This document shows positions 17,577 to 28,082 of a stretch of 64,000 bases of DNA, in pieces. The notes beneath the pieces are model-generated. The model ran no database searches, was not told the DNA's origin, and saw nothing but the letters and a program-made list of their open reading frames with translations. Position numbers and translations under genes: made by a program. This stretch comes from an uncultured Bacteroidota bacterium (lineage in GTDB: Bacteria > Bacteroidota > Bacteroidia > Bacteroidales > VadinHA17), in NCBI GenBank assembly GCA_903844815.1, contig CAIMVD010000161.1:9025-73024 (forward strand), written 5' to 3'. Each line of letters begins with the position of its first letter. The stretch's first letter is position 1.

Positions 17577-17816
17577 ATGTCAGACAACAGCACGATTAAA
17601 GAGCGCGTCAGAAAAGCCCTTGAAAGAGTAAGGCCTTATCTCCAGTCCGACGGAGGCGATATTGACCTGATTGATGTAACTGAAGATATGACAGTTAAGG
17701 TAAAGCTAAAAGGTGCCTGCCACGGATGTCCCTACAGCATGCAGACATTAAAGGCAGGAGTTGAACAGGCTATCATGAAAGAAGTTCCGGAAATAAAAAG
17801 AGTTATTTCGGCCTGA
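17577..17816 (+). CDS. NifU-like (Nfu C-terminal domain) Fe-S assembly protein
   Basis: 79 aa. LQSDGGDIDLIDV...LKGACHGCPYSMQTLK carries the CxxC motif of the NifU C-terminal domain. Confidence 0.85.
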   Translation: MSDNSTIKERVRKALERVRPYLQSDGGDIDLIDVTEDMTVKVKLKGACHGCPYSMQTLKAGVEQAIMKEVPEIKRVISA

Positions 17817-17841
17817 TAATTTGCTTAAGCGTAAAATTGTA

Positions 17842-17849
17842 TACCTTTG
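17842..17849 (+). promoter_or_regulatory. candidate -7 box (TACCTTTG) for porW-porX
   Basis: Exact TAnnTTTG match. Its TTG is the start codon used by the ORF track, which suggests the real start lies downstream. Confidence 0.35.
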
Positions 17850-17897
17850 AAATACTATAAACAGGCACGATCAGTTATAGTATTTAAAAGACAATTA

Positions 17898-20549
17898 TTG
17901 TTCCACAATAGAGCGTTATATAGATTTCTGGCATTTTCAGGACTGTGCCTGATTTTGGCCGCCTGTTCGGTTGAAAAGAACACCGGTACATCGAGGTTTT
18001 TTAATAATCTTACCGCCAGGTTTAATATTTATTTCAATGCCCACGAAAGCTTCAAATCGGGAATTACCCGTATAAACAGTGGCTACAAGGATGATTATGC
18101 CGTAATCCTCAGGGTATTTGAATCAAGCGACCCCTCCACGGTTTCAATGTGCTCTTCAGATATGGAAAAGGCCATCCAGAAGGCTTCAAAACTGATCACC
18201 CTGAAATCAATAACGGCAAAGCCCGTAGTAAAGGACCCTTCAAAAATTTCCGAAGCCGATAAGGAGTTTATTAACCGTAAGGAGTATAATGACTGGATCG
18301 ATGACAGTTATCTTCTTGTCGGAAAAGCAAGGGTATATAAACATGAATATGATGAGGCTGCCTCAGTGTTCGACTACTGCATTGCTGAAGCCAATGACCC
18401 GCTCATTAAGACAGAAGCTTCTATATGGAGCGCCAGGGTAAACAGTGAGACAGGAAACTTTACCGAAGCATTAAGAATCCTGTCTGAAATGGATCTCTCC
18501 TCAGGGTTCCCGTCGTCAATAACATCTCTTTACTATTCCACCCTTGCAGATATCTACATAAAACAAAAGAGATTTGCCGAAGCTATTGAACCGCTAACCA
18601 AATCAGTCGAACTTGTAAGCGGTAAAAGACCGAAATACAGGCTCACCTACCTGCTTGCCCAGCTGTATGAACAGACTGGCGACGGAGCAAATGCTACCTC
18701 ATCATACAGGGCTGTAGTAAAACTGAATCCTCCATACGACGTTGAATTTAATGCCAGGATTAACATAGCCGGGGTTTTTGATCTCAGTTCTGGAAATTCA
18801 ACTGAGATAAAGAGGGAACTTGAAAAAATGCTTCGCGACAGCAAAAACAAGGATTTCAAGGATCAGATCTATTTCGCATTAGGCAATATACTCATGAAGG
18901 AAGGCAAGGAAGATGAAGCTATATGGTATTTCAGCCACTCAGCCGCTTCCAATTCGGGTAACCAGAGCCAGAAAGGAAGATCCTACCTGGCCCTGGCAAG
19001 CCATTTCTACGATAAGCCGGATTATATGAAGGCCGGCAAATACTACGACAGCGCAGTATTTTTCATCGATCAGAAAAACCCTGATTACCTGGTTATAAAG
19101 GAAAGGTCGCAAAGCCTGAATCAGCTGGTATCGCAGTTAACAATCATTCAGGCAGAAGACAGCCTCCAGAAGGTAGCTGCAATGACTGAAAATGAAAGGA
19201 CCTCCTACATTGAATCAATCATTGCAAAGGTTTTAAAAGACGAAAGCGAAGGAAAGTTATCGGAATATGCTGACAGAAGCAACATGGGACAATTCTATGA
19301 AAACGAGAGGCGGTTCCAGGGAAACATCCAGCAGGAAGGCAAATGGTATTTTTACAACCAGTCGGCACTTACCTTCGGACGAACCGAATTTAAAAGAAGA
19401 TGGGGCGCCAGGAAGCTTGAAGACAACTGGAGAAGGTCGAACAAGGCTAAGATAAACCTCGCTCAGATCACTCCGGGGACCGATGAAACAGCAAAGAAAG
19501 CGGTCGATACAACCGCTGCTGAAAACGATTACAAAAAGCCGGAGTTCTACCTGAAAAATCTTCCGCTTTCTGATTCTCTCCTGAAAGTCTCGAATGACAG
19601 GATAGCTATAGCATACCTCAACGCTGGCAAGGCATTTGATGAGAACATAAACGACCAGGACCAGGCTTCAGCAACGTACGAGACCCTTATAAAAAGGTTC
19701 CCCGGGAGCGATCTTGTTCCTGAAGCCCTCTATAGCCTTTACCGGATCAACAAGGATAAAAACAATGCCCGATCGGAAGCCGCCAGGCAACGGCTGCTTG
19801 AAAAATTCCCGGAAAGCGAATTTGCCAGGATTCTCTCCGATCCTACATACTATGAGAAAAAAATGGCTAACCTCAAGATGGCTGAAAATCTCTACCAGAA
19901 TGCCTACAATTCCTATACGGCAGAAAAATTCAACGTTGCCATTGCGCTCTGCGACGAAGGCCTGAAGAAATACCCCCAGGATGATCTCCTGCCTAAATTC
20001 CAGCTTCTTCGTGCCTATTCGGTTGCTAAAATCAGCGATGAAAAAGGTTTCAGGGAAGAACTGAATAAGGTTGTTAAAACCTGGCCCGCCACCCCTGAAG
20101 GGAAGAAAGCCGCAGAGGTCCTTGCATTCCTTAACCAGAAAACCCCGGAACTGAAGGTTGAAGAGGAGAAGATTATTGCCGCTGAAATTTATCTGGCCGA
20201 CAAAAAATCAAATCATGTTTTTGTGCTCGTCATCCCCGACGCTGCATTTAACATTAACCTGGCAACATTTGATGTAATAAGCTACAATATAGATAACTAC
20301 ACAAATAAAAACTACAGAACCGAAGGGATCCTTGTAGACAATAAATACATTATGATTACTGTTTCGGGCTTTCCCGACTATTCCCAGGCAGAAGCATACT
20401 TCAAGGGTTTCGTTACAGAAAAGGTTGTCAGGAATTCCACCCCTGCCATGATGAAATTCTTAATAAACGATACTAACCTTAAAGCCCTCTCCAAAGATAA
20501 AAACCCTGGACGGTATGAGCTTTTCTTCAAGGATAATTACTTAAAATGA
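17898..20549 (+). CDS. porW: TPR-repeat lipoprotein, probable T9SS component PorW/SprE
   Basis: About 880 aa. Lipoprotein signal ...FLAFSGLCLILAAC, then NTGTSRFFNNLTARFNIYFNA and multiple TPR-like repeats. It sits directly upstream of, and coupled to, porX. The N-terminal region has no in-frame ATG, so I propose the TTG at 17898; the ORF-track start is the TTG at 17847. Confidence 0.6.
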   Translation: MFHNRALYRFLAFSGLCLILAACSVEKNTGTSRFFNNLTARFNIYFNAHESFKSGITRINSGYKDDYAVILRVFESSDPSTVSMCSSDMEKAIQKASKLITLKSITAKPVVKDPSKISEADKEFINRKEYNDWIDDSYLLVGKARVYKHEYDEAASVFDYCIAEANDPLIKTEASIWSARVNSETGNFTEALRILSEMDLSSGFPSSITSLYYSTLADIYIKQKRFAEAIEPLTKSVELVSGKRPKYRLTYLLAQLYEQTGDGANATSSYRAVVKLNPPYDVEFNARINIAGVFDLSSGNSTEIKRELEKMLRDSKNKDFKDQIYFALGNILMKEGKEDEAIWYFSHSAASNSGNQSQKGRSYLALASHFYDKPDYMKAGKYYDSAVFFIDQKNPDYLVIKERSQSLNQLVSQLTIIQAEDSLQKVAAMTENERTSYIESIIAKVLKDESEGKLSEYADRSNMGQFYENERRFQGNIQQEGKWYFYNQSALTFGRTEFKRRWGARKLEDNWRRSNKAKINLAQITPGTDETAKKAVDTTAAENDYKKPEFYLKNLPLSDSLLKVSNDRIAIAYLNAGKAFDENINDQDQASATYETLIKRFPGSDLVPEALYSLYRINKDKNNARSEAARQRLLEKFPESEFARILSDPTYYEKKMANLKMAENLYQNAYNSYTAEKFNVAIALCDEGLKKYPQDDLLPKFQLLRAYSVAKISDEKGFREELNKVVKTWPATPEGKKAAEVLAFLNQKTPELKVEEEKIIAAEIYLADKKSNHVFVLVIPDAAFNINLATFDVISYNIDNYTNKNYRTEGILVDNKYIMITVSGFPDYSQAEAYFKGFVTEKVVRNSTPAMMKFLINDTNLKALSKDKNPGRYELFFKDNYLK

Positions 20550-22099
20550 GAAAAATAAATATTCTCTGGACCGATGATGAGATTGAGGCCCTCACACCGC
20601 ATATACTGTTTCTCGAAGAGAAAGGCTATGAGATTGATACCTGCTCAAACGGCAACGATACAATCGACCTCGTAAGGCAGAAGGGATATGATCTGATTTT
20701 CCTCGATGAAAATATGCCGGGGCTCACAGGTATTGAAACACTCCGTCTTATAAGGGAGGTACGTACCGATATCCCTGTTGTAATGGTGACCAAGAGCGAA
20801 GAGGAAGATCTGATGGAATCTGCCATCGGCTCCGAAATAGCCGATTACCTTATTAAACCCGTCAAGCCCAAGCAGATCCTCCTTGCAATAAAAAAGATCC
20901 TCGATCAGCGCAGACTGGTAACCGAAACAACAACTACCGGGTACAGACAGGAATTCAGCCGGATCACTGAGATGATATCGCAGGCATCAACGTTCTCCGA
21001 CTGGGCCGACCTATACAGGAAAATTGTTTTCTGGGAGACCGAACTCGAGAAGTCAACCGATCCGGCAATGTCGCAGATACTGAAAATGCAGGAAAATGAA
21101 GCCAATAATGCATTTTCGAGGTTTATAATAAATAATTATCCGGGCTGGATGATCAGGGATAATCTGGACAAACCCATCCTTTCTCCCTCTCTTTTCTCCA
21201 AAAAAATATTTCCCCTCGTTCAGGAAAAGAAGCCGCTTTTCTTTATTCTGATCGATAATATGCGGTTCGACCAATGGAAAACAATTTCTGCCGAACTGTC
21301 GGGACTATACAGGATAATTGAAGAAGATATCTATTTCAGCATCCTGCCGACTGCAACCCAGTTCAGCCGGAATGCTGTCTTTGCCGGCCTGATGCCCTCA
21401 GAGATTGCAGAAACAATGCCATCGCTCTGGGTGAATGAAGAGGAAGAGGAAGGTAAGAATAATTTTGAGGAAGAGCTCTTCAGGAATCAGCTGAGTCGTG
21501 AAGGGTTGAAGTATAAATGGTCGTACCATAAGATCAGCAATACCCAGCAGGGTAAAAAGGTAAATGAAAAAGTCAGGCAGCTGCTTGAAAACGACATTAA
21601 TATCCTTGTCTTCAATTTTGTCGACATGCTATCGCATGCCAGGACTGAAGTTGGTGTCATCCGCGACCTTGCCGGGGAAGAACCGGCATACAGGAGTCTG
21701 ACCCGATCGTGGTTTCTTCATTCAACCCTTTTTGATCTTCTTAAAACCCTCGCTACCCACCAGGTGAGGGTTGTCTTTAGTACCGACCACGGTACTATCA
21801 GGGTGCAAAACCCCATAAAAATAACCGGCGACAGGCAGACTTCCGCCAACCTGAGGTACAAAATGGGACGAAATCTCGATTATGACCCCCGAAAGGTGTT
21901 TGAACTGAAAAATCCCGAGAAGGCCATGCTCCCTAAAATGAACATCAGTTCAAGATATATCTTTGCGCTTAACAAAGACTACCTGGTGTACCAGAATAAC
22001 TTTAACCATTTCGCATCATATTATAAAGACACCTTCCAGCATGGCGGAATATCGATGCAGGAGATAATGCTTCCTTTTGCATGCCTCGATCCAGTTTAA
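20546..22099 (+). CDS. porX: T9SS response regulator PorX (CheY-like receiver + PglZ/alkaline-phosphatase-superfamily domain)
   Basis: 517 aa. Receiver domain ILWTDDEIE...LIFLDENMPGLTG...IKP. The C-terminal PglZ-like domain has IDNMRFDQW and FSTDHG. The ATG overlaps the porW stop (ATGA at 20546-20549). Confidence 0.85.
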   Translation: MRKINILWTDDEIEALTPHILFLEEKGYEIDTCSNGNDTIDLVRQKGYDLIFLDENMPGLTGIETLRLIREVRTDIPVVMVTKSEEEDLMESAIGSEIADYLIKPVKPKQILLAIKKILDQRRLVTETTTTGYRQEFSRITEMISQASTFSDWADLYRKIVFWETELEKSTDPAMSQILKMQENEANNAFSRFIINNYPGWMIRDNLDKPILSPSLFSKKIFPLVQEKKPLFFILIDNMRFDQWKTISAELSGLYRIIEEDIYFSILPTATQFSRNAVFAGLMPSEIAETMPSLWVNEEEEEGKNNFEEELFRNQLSREGLKYKWSYHKISNTQQGKKVNEKVRQLLENDINILVFNFVDMLSHARTEVGVIRDLAGEEPAYRSLTRSWFLHSTLFDLLKTLATHQVRVVFSTDHGTIRVQNPIKITGDRQTSANLRYKMGRNLDYDPRKVFELKNPEKAMLPKMNISSRYIFALNKDYLVYQNNFNHFASYYKDTFQHGGISMQEIMLPFACLDPV

Positions 22100-22114
22100 G
22101 ATAAGCTCACCCGG

Positions 22115-22528
22115 ATGAAAATATTAATAAAGGATAAGAAACATTTGACCGCGGCTGCCAGACAACTGCTTAATCTTGCCGGGGAAAAAAAGATATTTGC
22201 ATTTTACGGCTCCATGGGCGCGGGAAAGACCACCCTGATCAAAACTGTATGCAAGCTTCTCGATGCCACTGATAGTGTCACAAGTCCCACTTTCACCCTG
22301 GTTAATGAATACAGGACTTCATCGGGCGATTCTCTTTTCCATATTGATTTCTACCGGATAAATAAACAGGAGGAGGTATACGACTTTGGCATAGAAGAGT
22401 ACCTCTCAGGCGAATCTTATTGTTTTATGGAATGGCCCGAACTCATCGAGGAGATTCTTCCTCCCGAAACGCTTAAAATCAGAATAACTGTCGGGGAAAA
22501 CGAAGAACGGATACTTGAATTGTTATAA
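22115..22528 (+). CDS. tsaE: tRNA t6A37 biosynthesis ATPase TsaE
   Basis: 137 aa. P-loop GSMGAGKTTLIK, SPTFTLVNEY and HIDFYR. Confidence 0.85.
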   Translation: MKILIKDKKHLTAAARQLLNLAGEKKIFAFYGSMGAGKTTLIKTVCKLLDATDSVTSPTFTLVNEYRTSSGDSLFHIDFYRINKQEEVYDFGIEEYLSGESYCFMEWPELIEEILPPETLKIRITVGENEERILELL

Positions 22529-22561
22529 CTTATCGTATTTTGCACTGTACCTCAATTTATT

Positions 22562-22569
22562 TACCTTTG
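22562..22569 (+). promoter_or_regulatory. candidate -7 box (TACCTTTG)
   Basis: Exact TAnnTTTG match 23 nt upstream of the ATG at 22592. Confidence 0.35.
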
Positions 22570-22591
22570 GAAAAATAATAATGCTCTAACA

Positions 22592-23812
22592 ATGAATGAG
22601 AAAGGAAACAGCGGCAAAGTCAGCTTTGGAAACAGCGCTCTCATGCCAAAGGAAGAGCTGCTCGAGAAAACCGTCAGGAACAGGAGGATTTCGATAGGCA
22701 TCCCCAGCGATAATAAGGTAAACGAGAAAAGAGTGGCTCTGACCCCCGAAGCTGTTAACCTCCTTGTGGAGAGTGACAACGAAGTTTATGTCCAGAAAGG
22801 TGCCGGACTTGGGGCAAACTATACCGACAAAGACTACAGCGAAAACGGGGCTATTATCACCGATTCACTTGCAAGGGTATATAGTGCTGATGCCGTTATT
22901 AAGGTTGCTCCTTTTTCTGAGAACGAAGCCGAATACCTGAAGGGAAACCAGGTGGTTTTCTCCTACCTTAACATACTTAAGCTCAAAGAAGAAACCCTTG
23001 AAAAGCTTAGCAGAAAGAAGGTGACGGCAATTGCGTTTGAAAAGATCCGCGACAACAACGGCGTTATGCCGGTTGTTGAATCGATGAGCGAGATCTGTGG
23101 CATAACTTCCATTCTTGTTGCTTCGGAATATCTGAGCAATATGCATGGCGGGAAAGGAGTTATGCTTGGCGGGATCACCGGGGTTACCCCAACCGAGGTC
23201 GTTATTCTGGGTGCAAACACTGCGGGGGAATCAGCTGCCAGGGCAGCAATCGGGCTTGGATCGACAGTCAGAATTTTCGACGGTTCCCTGCATGCCCTGA
23301 GAAGATTCCAGAACCTTCTCGGACAGCGGCTTCAGACCTCAGTATACCATCCCCAGGTACTGAAAAAAGCGCTCAAATCGGCCGATGTTCTGATAGGAGC
23401 CATCGAACTTGAGGACCTCAGGCCCTGGTATTATATCACCGAGGATATGATAAGAACGATGAAAAAAGGTTCGGTTGTAATAGACCTCAGTATCGACCGC
23501 GGAGGATGCATCGAGACTACGGAATGCCGCGAACTGCTTGACCCGGTTTATGAAAAGCACGGAGTAATACATTTTTCAGCATGGAATCTTCCCTCGCGCG
23601 TGGGAAGGACGGCCTCGATAGCCCTGAGCAATATTTTCACCCCCCTGCTCCAAAGCATGGCCGATGCCGGAGGAATAACCCAGCTTCTTAAGTACGACCG
23701 CGGTGTCAGGAACGGGGCTTACCTTTACAACGGACTTCTCACAAATGAGACCTTAGGCCAGAAATTCGGCATAAACCACAGAGACCTCGACCTTCTCATT
23801 ACCGCATTCTGA
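22592..23812 (+). CDS. ald: alanine dehydrogenase / PNT-family NAD-dependent dehydrogenase
   Basis: 406 aa. AlaDH/PNT N-terminal domain (NEKRVALTPEAV) and a Rossmann segment (VVILGANTAGESAARAAIGLG). Substrate specificity was not verified. Confidence 0.7.
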   Translation: MNEKGNSGKVSFGNSALMPKEELLEKTVRNRRISIGIPSDNKVNEKRVALTPEAVNLLVESDNEVYVQKGAGLGANYTDKDYSENGAIITDSLARVYSADAVIKVAPFSENEAEYLKGNQVVFSYLNILKLKEETLEKLSRKKVTAIAFEKIRDNNGVMPVVESMSEICGITSILVASEYLSNMHGGKGVMLGGITGVTPTEVVILGANTAGESAARAAIGLGSTVRIFDGSLHALRRFQNLLGQRLQTSVYHPQVLKKALKSADVLIGAIELEDLRPWYYITEDMIRTMKKGSVVIDLSIDRGGCIETTECRELLDPVYEKHGVIHFSAWNLPSRVGRTASIALSNIFTPLLQSMADAGGITQLLKYDRGVRNGAYLYNGLLTNETLGQKFGINHRDLDLLITAF

Positions 23813-23815
23813 TTT

Positions 23816-24730
23816 TCAGATATAAGTAAGAGTGGCTTTCTTTCCTTCAACAGTTACTCTTGCCTGCCTTCCTGAATAGAAGGCCCTGTTGTCGGGTATG
23901 TGCCCGGCAGGAAAATCGAAGAACACCGGGTAGTCATACTTACTTACAATATCACAGATAGTCTCTTCAATACTTCTGCCCCAGGCTACCTTTGCCTCGC
24001 CGATATCATTCATTCCCCCCACTATCAGAGCAGCCAATCCATCAAGTTTGCCGGCCAGCCTGAGCGAAACCATCATCCTGTCGATATGGTAATAATACTC
24101 ACCGATATCCTCTACAAACAGGATCTTTCCCCTTGTCGAAACGCCGGCCGGGGTCCCGCTGAGGCTGTACAGGATTGAAAGGTTGCCTCCGGTAACTTCC
24201 CCTTCTGCATTACCCGGTCGTAAAAAAGTACTTTCCCATTCGTATGCCATGGGCTCGCCGAATAAACACCTTTTTAATGAGCCGAGAGTGTCAGGGCTCT
24301 TTTCGTCATTGCTGAAGTTGAGCGGCATCTCGCCATGAATGGACTCGATTCCGCAAATTTCGTTAAGCCACATGTGCAGGACTGTAATGTCACTGAATCC
24401 TATATACCATTTTGGTTTCTTCGCAAGAGGAGAAAAATCAATATTATGGATTATCCTCGAAAAACCATATCCTCCCCTGGAACAAAAAACGGCTCTGACT
24501 GAAGGGTCACTGGTCATTTCCTGGAAATCGGAAAGACGCTCACTGTCGCTGCCCGCAAAAGGGCCAAGGCGATTAAGCGCATTTCGTCCAACCCTGACCC
24601 TTAACCCCCATTGTTCAAGCAATATAATGGCATCGTTTATTTTTTGTTCTTCCAGGCAGAACGCAGGAGAAACTATGGCCACCTCATCGCCGGGTTTAAG
24701 GTATTCCGGCCTGATTTTAATTCCAGACAT
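23816..24730 (-). CDS. ldcA: LD-carboxypeptidase (peptidase S66, muramoyltetrapeptide carboxypeptidase-like)
   Basis: 304 aa. Nucleophile motif GFSDITVLH, with the downstream E/H region (FVEDIGE...AGH). Confidence 0.85.
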   Translation of the reverse strand: MSGIKIRPEYLKPGDEVAIVSPAFCLEEQKINDAIILLEQWGLRVRVGRNALNRLGPFAGSDSERLSDFQEMTSDPSVRAVFCSRGGYGFSRIIHNIDFSPLAKKPKWYIGFSDITVLHMWLNEICGIESIHGEMPLNFSNDEKSPDTLGSLKRCLFGEPMAYEWESTFLRPGNAEGEVTGGNLSILYSLSGTPAGVSTRGKILFVEDIGEYYYHIDRMMVSLRLAGKLDGLAALIVGGMNDIGEAKVAWGRSIEETICDIVSKYDYPVFFDFPAGHIPDNRAFYSGRQARVTVEGKKATLTYI

Positions 24731-24804
24731 AATTTTTTGAATAATTGTAAAAATAACCCATTGGTCTGCTTATAACAAGTAGAAAAGGAAGAATTAAAAT
24801 TTAT

Positions 24805-24812
24805 TATCTTTG
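24805..24812 (+). promoter_or_regulatory. candidate -7 box (TATCTTTG) for metG
   Basis: Exact TAnnTTTG match 39 nt upstream of the ATG at 24851. Confidence 0.35.
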
Positions 24813-24850
24813 TGGCCTTAAAAAAATATTAACACCTCATTATCAGAATC

Positions 24851-26884
24851 ATGAATAACATCAAAAGATACCTGGTTACTTCAGCCCTGCCATATGCAAA
24901 CGGACCTATTCATATTGGCCACCTTGCAGGGGTCTACGTTCCTTCCGATATTTACACCAGATACCTTAGAATGAAGGGATTGGACGTAATTTCTGTATGC
25001 GGGTCCGATGAGCATGGCGTCCCAATTACGCTTAAAGCAAGGAAGGAAGGGGTTACTCCGCAGGAGATTGTTGACAGATACCATGAACTGAACAAGAAAG
25101 CTTTCGCCGATTTTGGAATTGCCTTCGACATATATTCACGAACATCCGGCAAAGTCCATTATGAAACTGCTTCCGAATTTTTCAGAAAGCTTTACGATGA
25201 TGGTGAGTTTACAGAAAAAACCTCGGAACAGTATTACGATGAAGAAGCAGGATGTTTCCTTGCCGACAGGTATATAATGGGAACCTGCCCTCATTGCGGC
25301 AATGAGAATGCCTATGGCGACCAGTGCGAGAAATGCGGTACTTCGCTCAGTCCTAATGACCTTATCAATCCTCACTCAACGGTAAGCGGAAGCAAACCGG
25401 TGCTTCGCGAAACGCTTCACTGGTATCTGCCTCTCGACAAATATGAACCCTGGCTTAAAAAATGGATCCTCGAAGATCATAAGGAATGGAAGGCAAATGT
25501 TTATGGCCAGTGCAAATCATGGCTCGATCAGGGCCTTCATCCACGTGCGGTAAGCCGCGACCTCGACTGGGGCGTGCCCGTTCCCGTTGAAGGCGCCAAT
25601 GGAAAGGTGCTTTATGTCTGGTTCGACGCTCCCATCGGATATATTTCGGCTACCAAGGAACTTACCCCCGACTGGGAAAAATACTGGAAAGATGAAGAGA
25701 CAAAGATGGTTCACTTTATCGGAAAGGATAACATTGTTTTCCACTGCATCATTTTTCCTTCAATGCTGAAAGCGGAGGGAAGTTTCATTCTGCCTGAGAA
25801 TGTTCCGGCAAATGAATTTCTCAACCTCGAGAATGATAAGATCTCCACGTCGCGCAACTGGGCTGTCTGGCTTCACGAATACCTTGAAGATTTTCCCGGA
25901 AAGCAGGACGTACTCAGATATGCCCTTTGCGCAAGCGCTCCCGAAACAAAAGACAATGACTTTACCTGGAAGGATTTCCAGGCCCGCAACAACAATGAAC
26001 TGGTTGCAATTCTCGGCAATTTCGTAAATCGTACCCTCATCTTAACAGGCAATTATTACGAAGGAAAAATACCTGAGCCCGGAACAACGACTCCGGGCGA
26101 TGATGCGGTACTTAAAGAGATTGGAAAGATTAAGGATAATGTCGAAACATCACTCGAGTCATACAGGTTCCGCGAAGCCCTGAAGGAGGCAATGAACCTC
26201 GCAAGGCTGGGGAATAAGTATCTTGCCGATGAGGAACCGTGGAAGGTTGTAAAAACCGATCCTGAAAGGGTCAAAACAATAATGAACGTTGCACTTCAGA
26301 TAACCGCTAACCTAACAATCATTTGTGAGCCCTTCCTCCCCTTCTCAATGGAAAAGCTGCGCGGCTGGATAAATATTAATGAACTCGACTGGAACAAAGC
26401 GGGCAGTACCGTTCTGTTGCCGGCAGGCCATGTAATCAACAAGCCCGGTCTGCTTTTTGAAAAGATTGAAGACGAGGAAATTACCCGTCAAACGGAGAAA
26501 CTTCTGGCAACAAAAAAGGCAAATGATACAGCCGGCTCAAAGGCAACTCCCTCTAAAGATCCCATCACCTTCGATGACTTTTCGAAAATTGATATCAGGA
26601 CTGCTACAATACTCGAGGCTGAAAAAGTTCCGAAAACAACCAAGCTGCTTAAACTTAAAATAGACACAGGAATTGATGTCCGTACAATAGTATCTGGTAT
26701 TGCAGAGTACTATGAGCCGGCAGATATTATTGGACGGCAGATATCGATAGTTGCAAATCTCGAACCTCGCAAGATCAAGGGAATTGACTCTCAGGGAATG
26801 ATTCTGATGGCCGAAGACAGGGATGGAAAACTGGTTATGGTTACCCCTGCACAGAATGTGGGCAACGGAAGCATGATAAAATAA
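24851..26884 (+). CDS. metG: methionine--tRNA ligase with C-terminal tRNA-binding (Trbp111-like) domain
   Basis: 677 aa. HIGH motif (PIHIGH), zinc knuckle CPHCG...CEKCG, KMSKS-equivalent (KISTSR) and a C-terminal OB-fold domain. Confidence 0.95.
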   Translation: MNNIKRYLVTSALPYANGPIHIGHLAGVYVPSDIYTRYLRMKGLDVISVCGSDEHGVPITLKARKEGVTPQEIVDRYHELNKKAFADFGIAFDIYSRTSGKVHYETASEFFRKLYDDGEFTEKTSEQYYDEEAGCFLADRYIMGTCPHCGNENAYGDQCEKCGTSLSPNDLINPHSTVSGSKPVLRETLHWYLPLDKYEPWLKKWILEDHKEWKANVYGQCKSWLDQGLHPRAVSRDLDWGVPVPVEGANGKVLYVWFDAPIGYISATKELTPDWEKYWKDEETKMVHFIGKDNIVFHCIIFPSMLKAEGSFILPENVPANEFLNLENDKISTSRNWAVWLHEYLEDFPGKQDVLRYALCASAPETKDNDFTWKDFQARNNNELVAILGNFVNRTLILTGNYYEGKIPEPGTTTPGDDAVLKEIGKIKDNVETSLESYRFREALKEAMNLARLGNKYLADEEPWKVVKTDPERVKTIMNVALQITANLTIICEPFLPFSMEKLRGWININELDWNKAGSTVLLPAGHVINKPGLLFEKIEDEEITRQTEKLLATKKANDTAGSKATPSKDPITFDDFSKIDIRTATILEAEKVPKTTKLLKLKIDTGIDVRTIVSGIAEYYEPADIIGRQISIVANLEPRKIKGIDSQGMILMAEDRDGKLVMVTPAQNVGNGSMIK

Positions 26885-26887
26885 AAC

Positions 26888-27925
26888 CTATTTCTTTTCC
26901 GATACCCAGGTTCCCGGAAACATCCCCGAAATACTGTCTTTCTTATTAAGGGCAGTATTCATGTCGCTGCACGCCATTGCGCATACCCTGAAATAGCCGT
27001 TTGGCATGGTTAAAATCTCAGGCTGAAATCCTTCTTCCTTCAGCATCCTGACCTGCAATGCGGCATTTTCCTCCGACTTAAAGCTGCCGGTGATCAGATA
27101 AAAGCTGGTCACTGGTTTTGAAGGCTCAGCATAAGCAGGTTTTTCAGGCTCTTTGTTAACAGGTTCTGCAGGAACAACGGTTTCTGCCCTGGCTTCAACA
27201 GATACTACGGGAATATCGCTTTTCAGGGTTTCATCGAGGACCTTCCTGTTGTTTTCAAACTCCTCTGTTACAAGGGGATTCATTGTTGAAGTGCTAAGCC
27301 TTGTCTTGAACAGGTCGGTTTTAAGCGGAACTGCCACTAATACCGACAATAGTGGTACAATAACAGCAGCGCGCCAAAGTATTTTTCTGAGTGAAACCTG
27401 TCTTGCACTTGGGAAGGCTTCTGTCTTCATAATCCTTTTCCTTACATTGTATCCTTCAGCAGGAATGCAATGGAATGAATCCAAACCATATGATCCCAGA
27501 TAATAATTGGCGTTTCTGTCAGGTTCAAACTGCAGGTTTCCTTCATGGTCGTGGAAAAAAACGCCTATTTTGTCAAAAACGACCTTATCGCCTCTTTCAA
27601 TCTTCCGGCGTACATTGTCAACATACTCCCCGGTCAGTTCCCTAGCATCACGGTAGTTAACTTTGAGCGATTCCGAGATCTTTCCGATAAGCAAGCCGTC
27701 ATTGTGAGAAAGGTTCCTGTTAAAGGATATCTGCCTGACAGGAGGATAAAATGTATCTGCTGTCTTATCTATTCTGGCCGGTGCATAGTTTCCTATGAAG
27801 CCGCCAAAACCCGGAACAATGACACAATCGTGCCCAAATAATAGTTCCCGGATGAAAGGAGTTATGTCCACTTTGTATTCGTGTTTAATGTTTACAAATT
27901 TAAGAAAATTTTCTGCCTGAACCAT
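26888..27925 (-). CDS. SPOR-domain protein with N-terminal HU-CCDC81-like domains
   Basis: 345 aa. VPGFGGFIGNYAPARID and DKIGVFFHDHEGNLQFEP are HU-CCDC81-like. A TM helix follows, then a C-terminal SPOR-like fold (FYLITGSFKSEENAALQVRMLKEEGFQPEIL). Confidence 0.7.
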   Translation of the reverse strand: MVQAENFLKFVNIKHEYKVDITPFIRELLFGHDCVIVPGFGGFIGNYAPARIDKTADTFYPPVRQISFNRNLSHNDGLLIGKISESLKVNYRDARELTGEYVDNVRRKIERGDKVVFDKIGVFFHDHEGNLQFEPDRNANYYLGSYGLDSFHCIPAEGYNVRKRIMKTEAFPSARQVSLRKILWRAAVIVPLLSVLVAVPLKTDLFKTRLSTSTMNPLVTEEFENNRKVLDETLKSDIPVVSVEARAETVVPAEPVNKEPEKPAYAEPSKPVTSFYLITGSFKSEENAALQVRMLKEEGFQPEILTMPNGYFRVCAMACSDMNTALNKKDSISGMFPGTWVSEKK

Positions 27926-28051
27926 GGGGTTTATTTTAAATTATAGCTTTTACTTTCTTATTTCCTGCAAGTCCTAACAAACAGCCAGTTAAATATGAAC
28001 CTCTGAAATAGCCGCTTTAAGGAGTGTTGAAAAAAATCTAACTAAAAATAT

Positions 28052-28059
28052 TATATTTG
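28052..28059 (+). promoter_or_regulatory. candidate -7 box (TATATTTG) for the wbp-galE-rfbB operon
   Basis: Exact TAnnTTTG match 24 nt upstream of the ATG at 28083. Confidence 0.35.
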
Positions 28060-28082
28060 CTGCTCTTAAAATTCCGACTCAT

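Noticed and set aside
20546-22099. PglZ domain as a hint of a BREX/phage-defence system
   Set aside because: The PglZ-like domain is fused to a CheY receiver, which is the PorX architecture. No BREX partners (PglX methyltransferase, BrxC, BrxL and others) are nearby.
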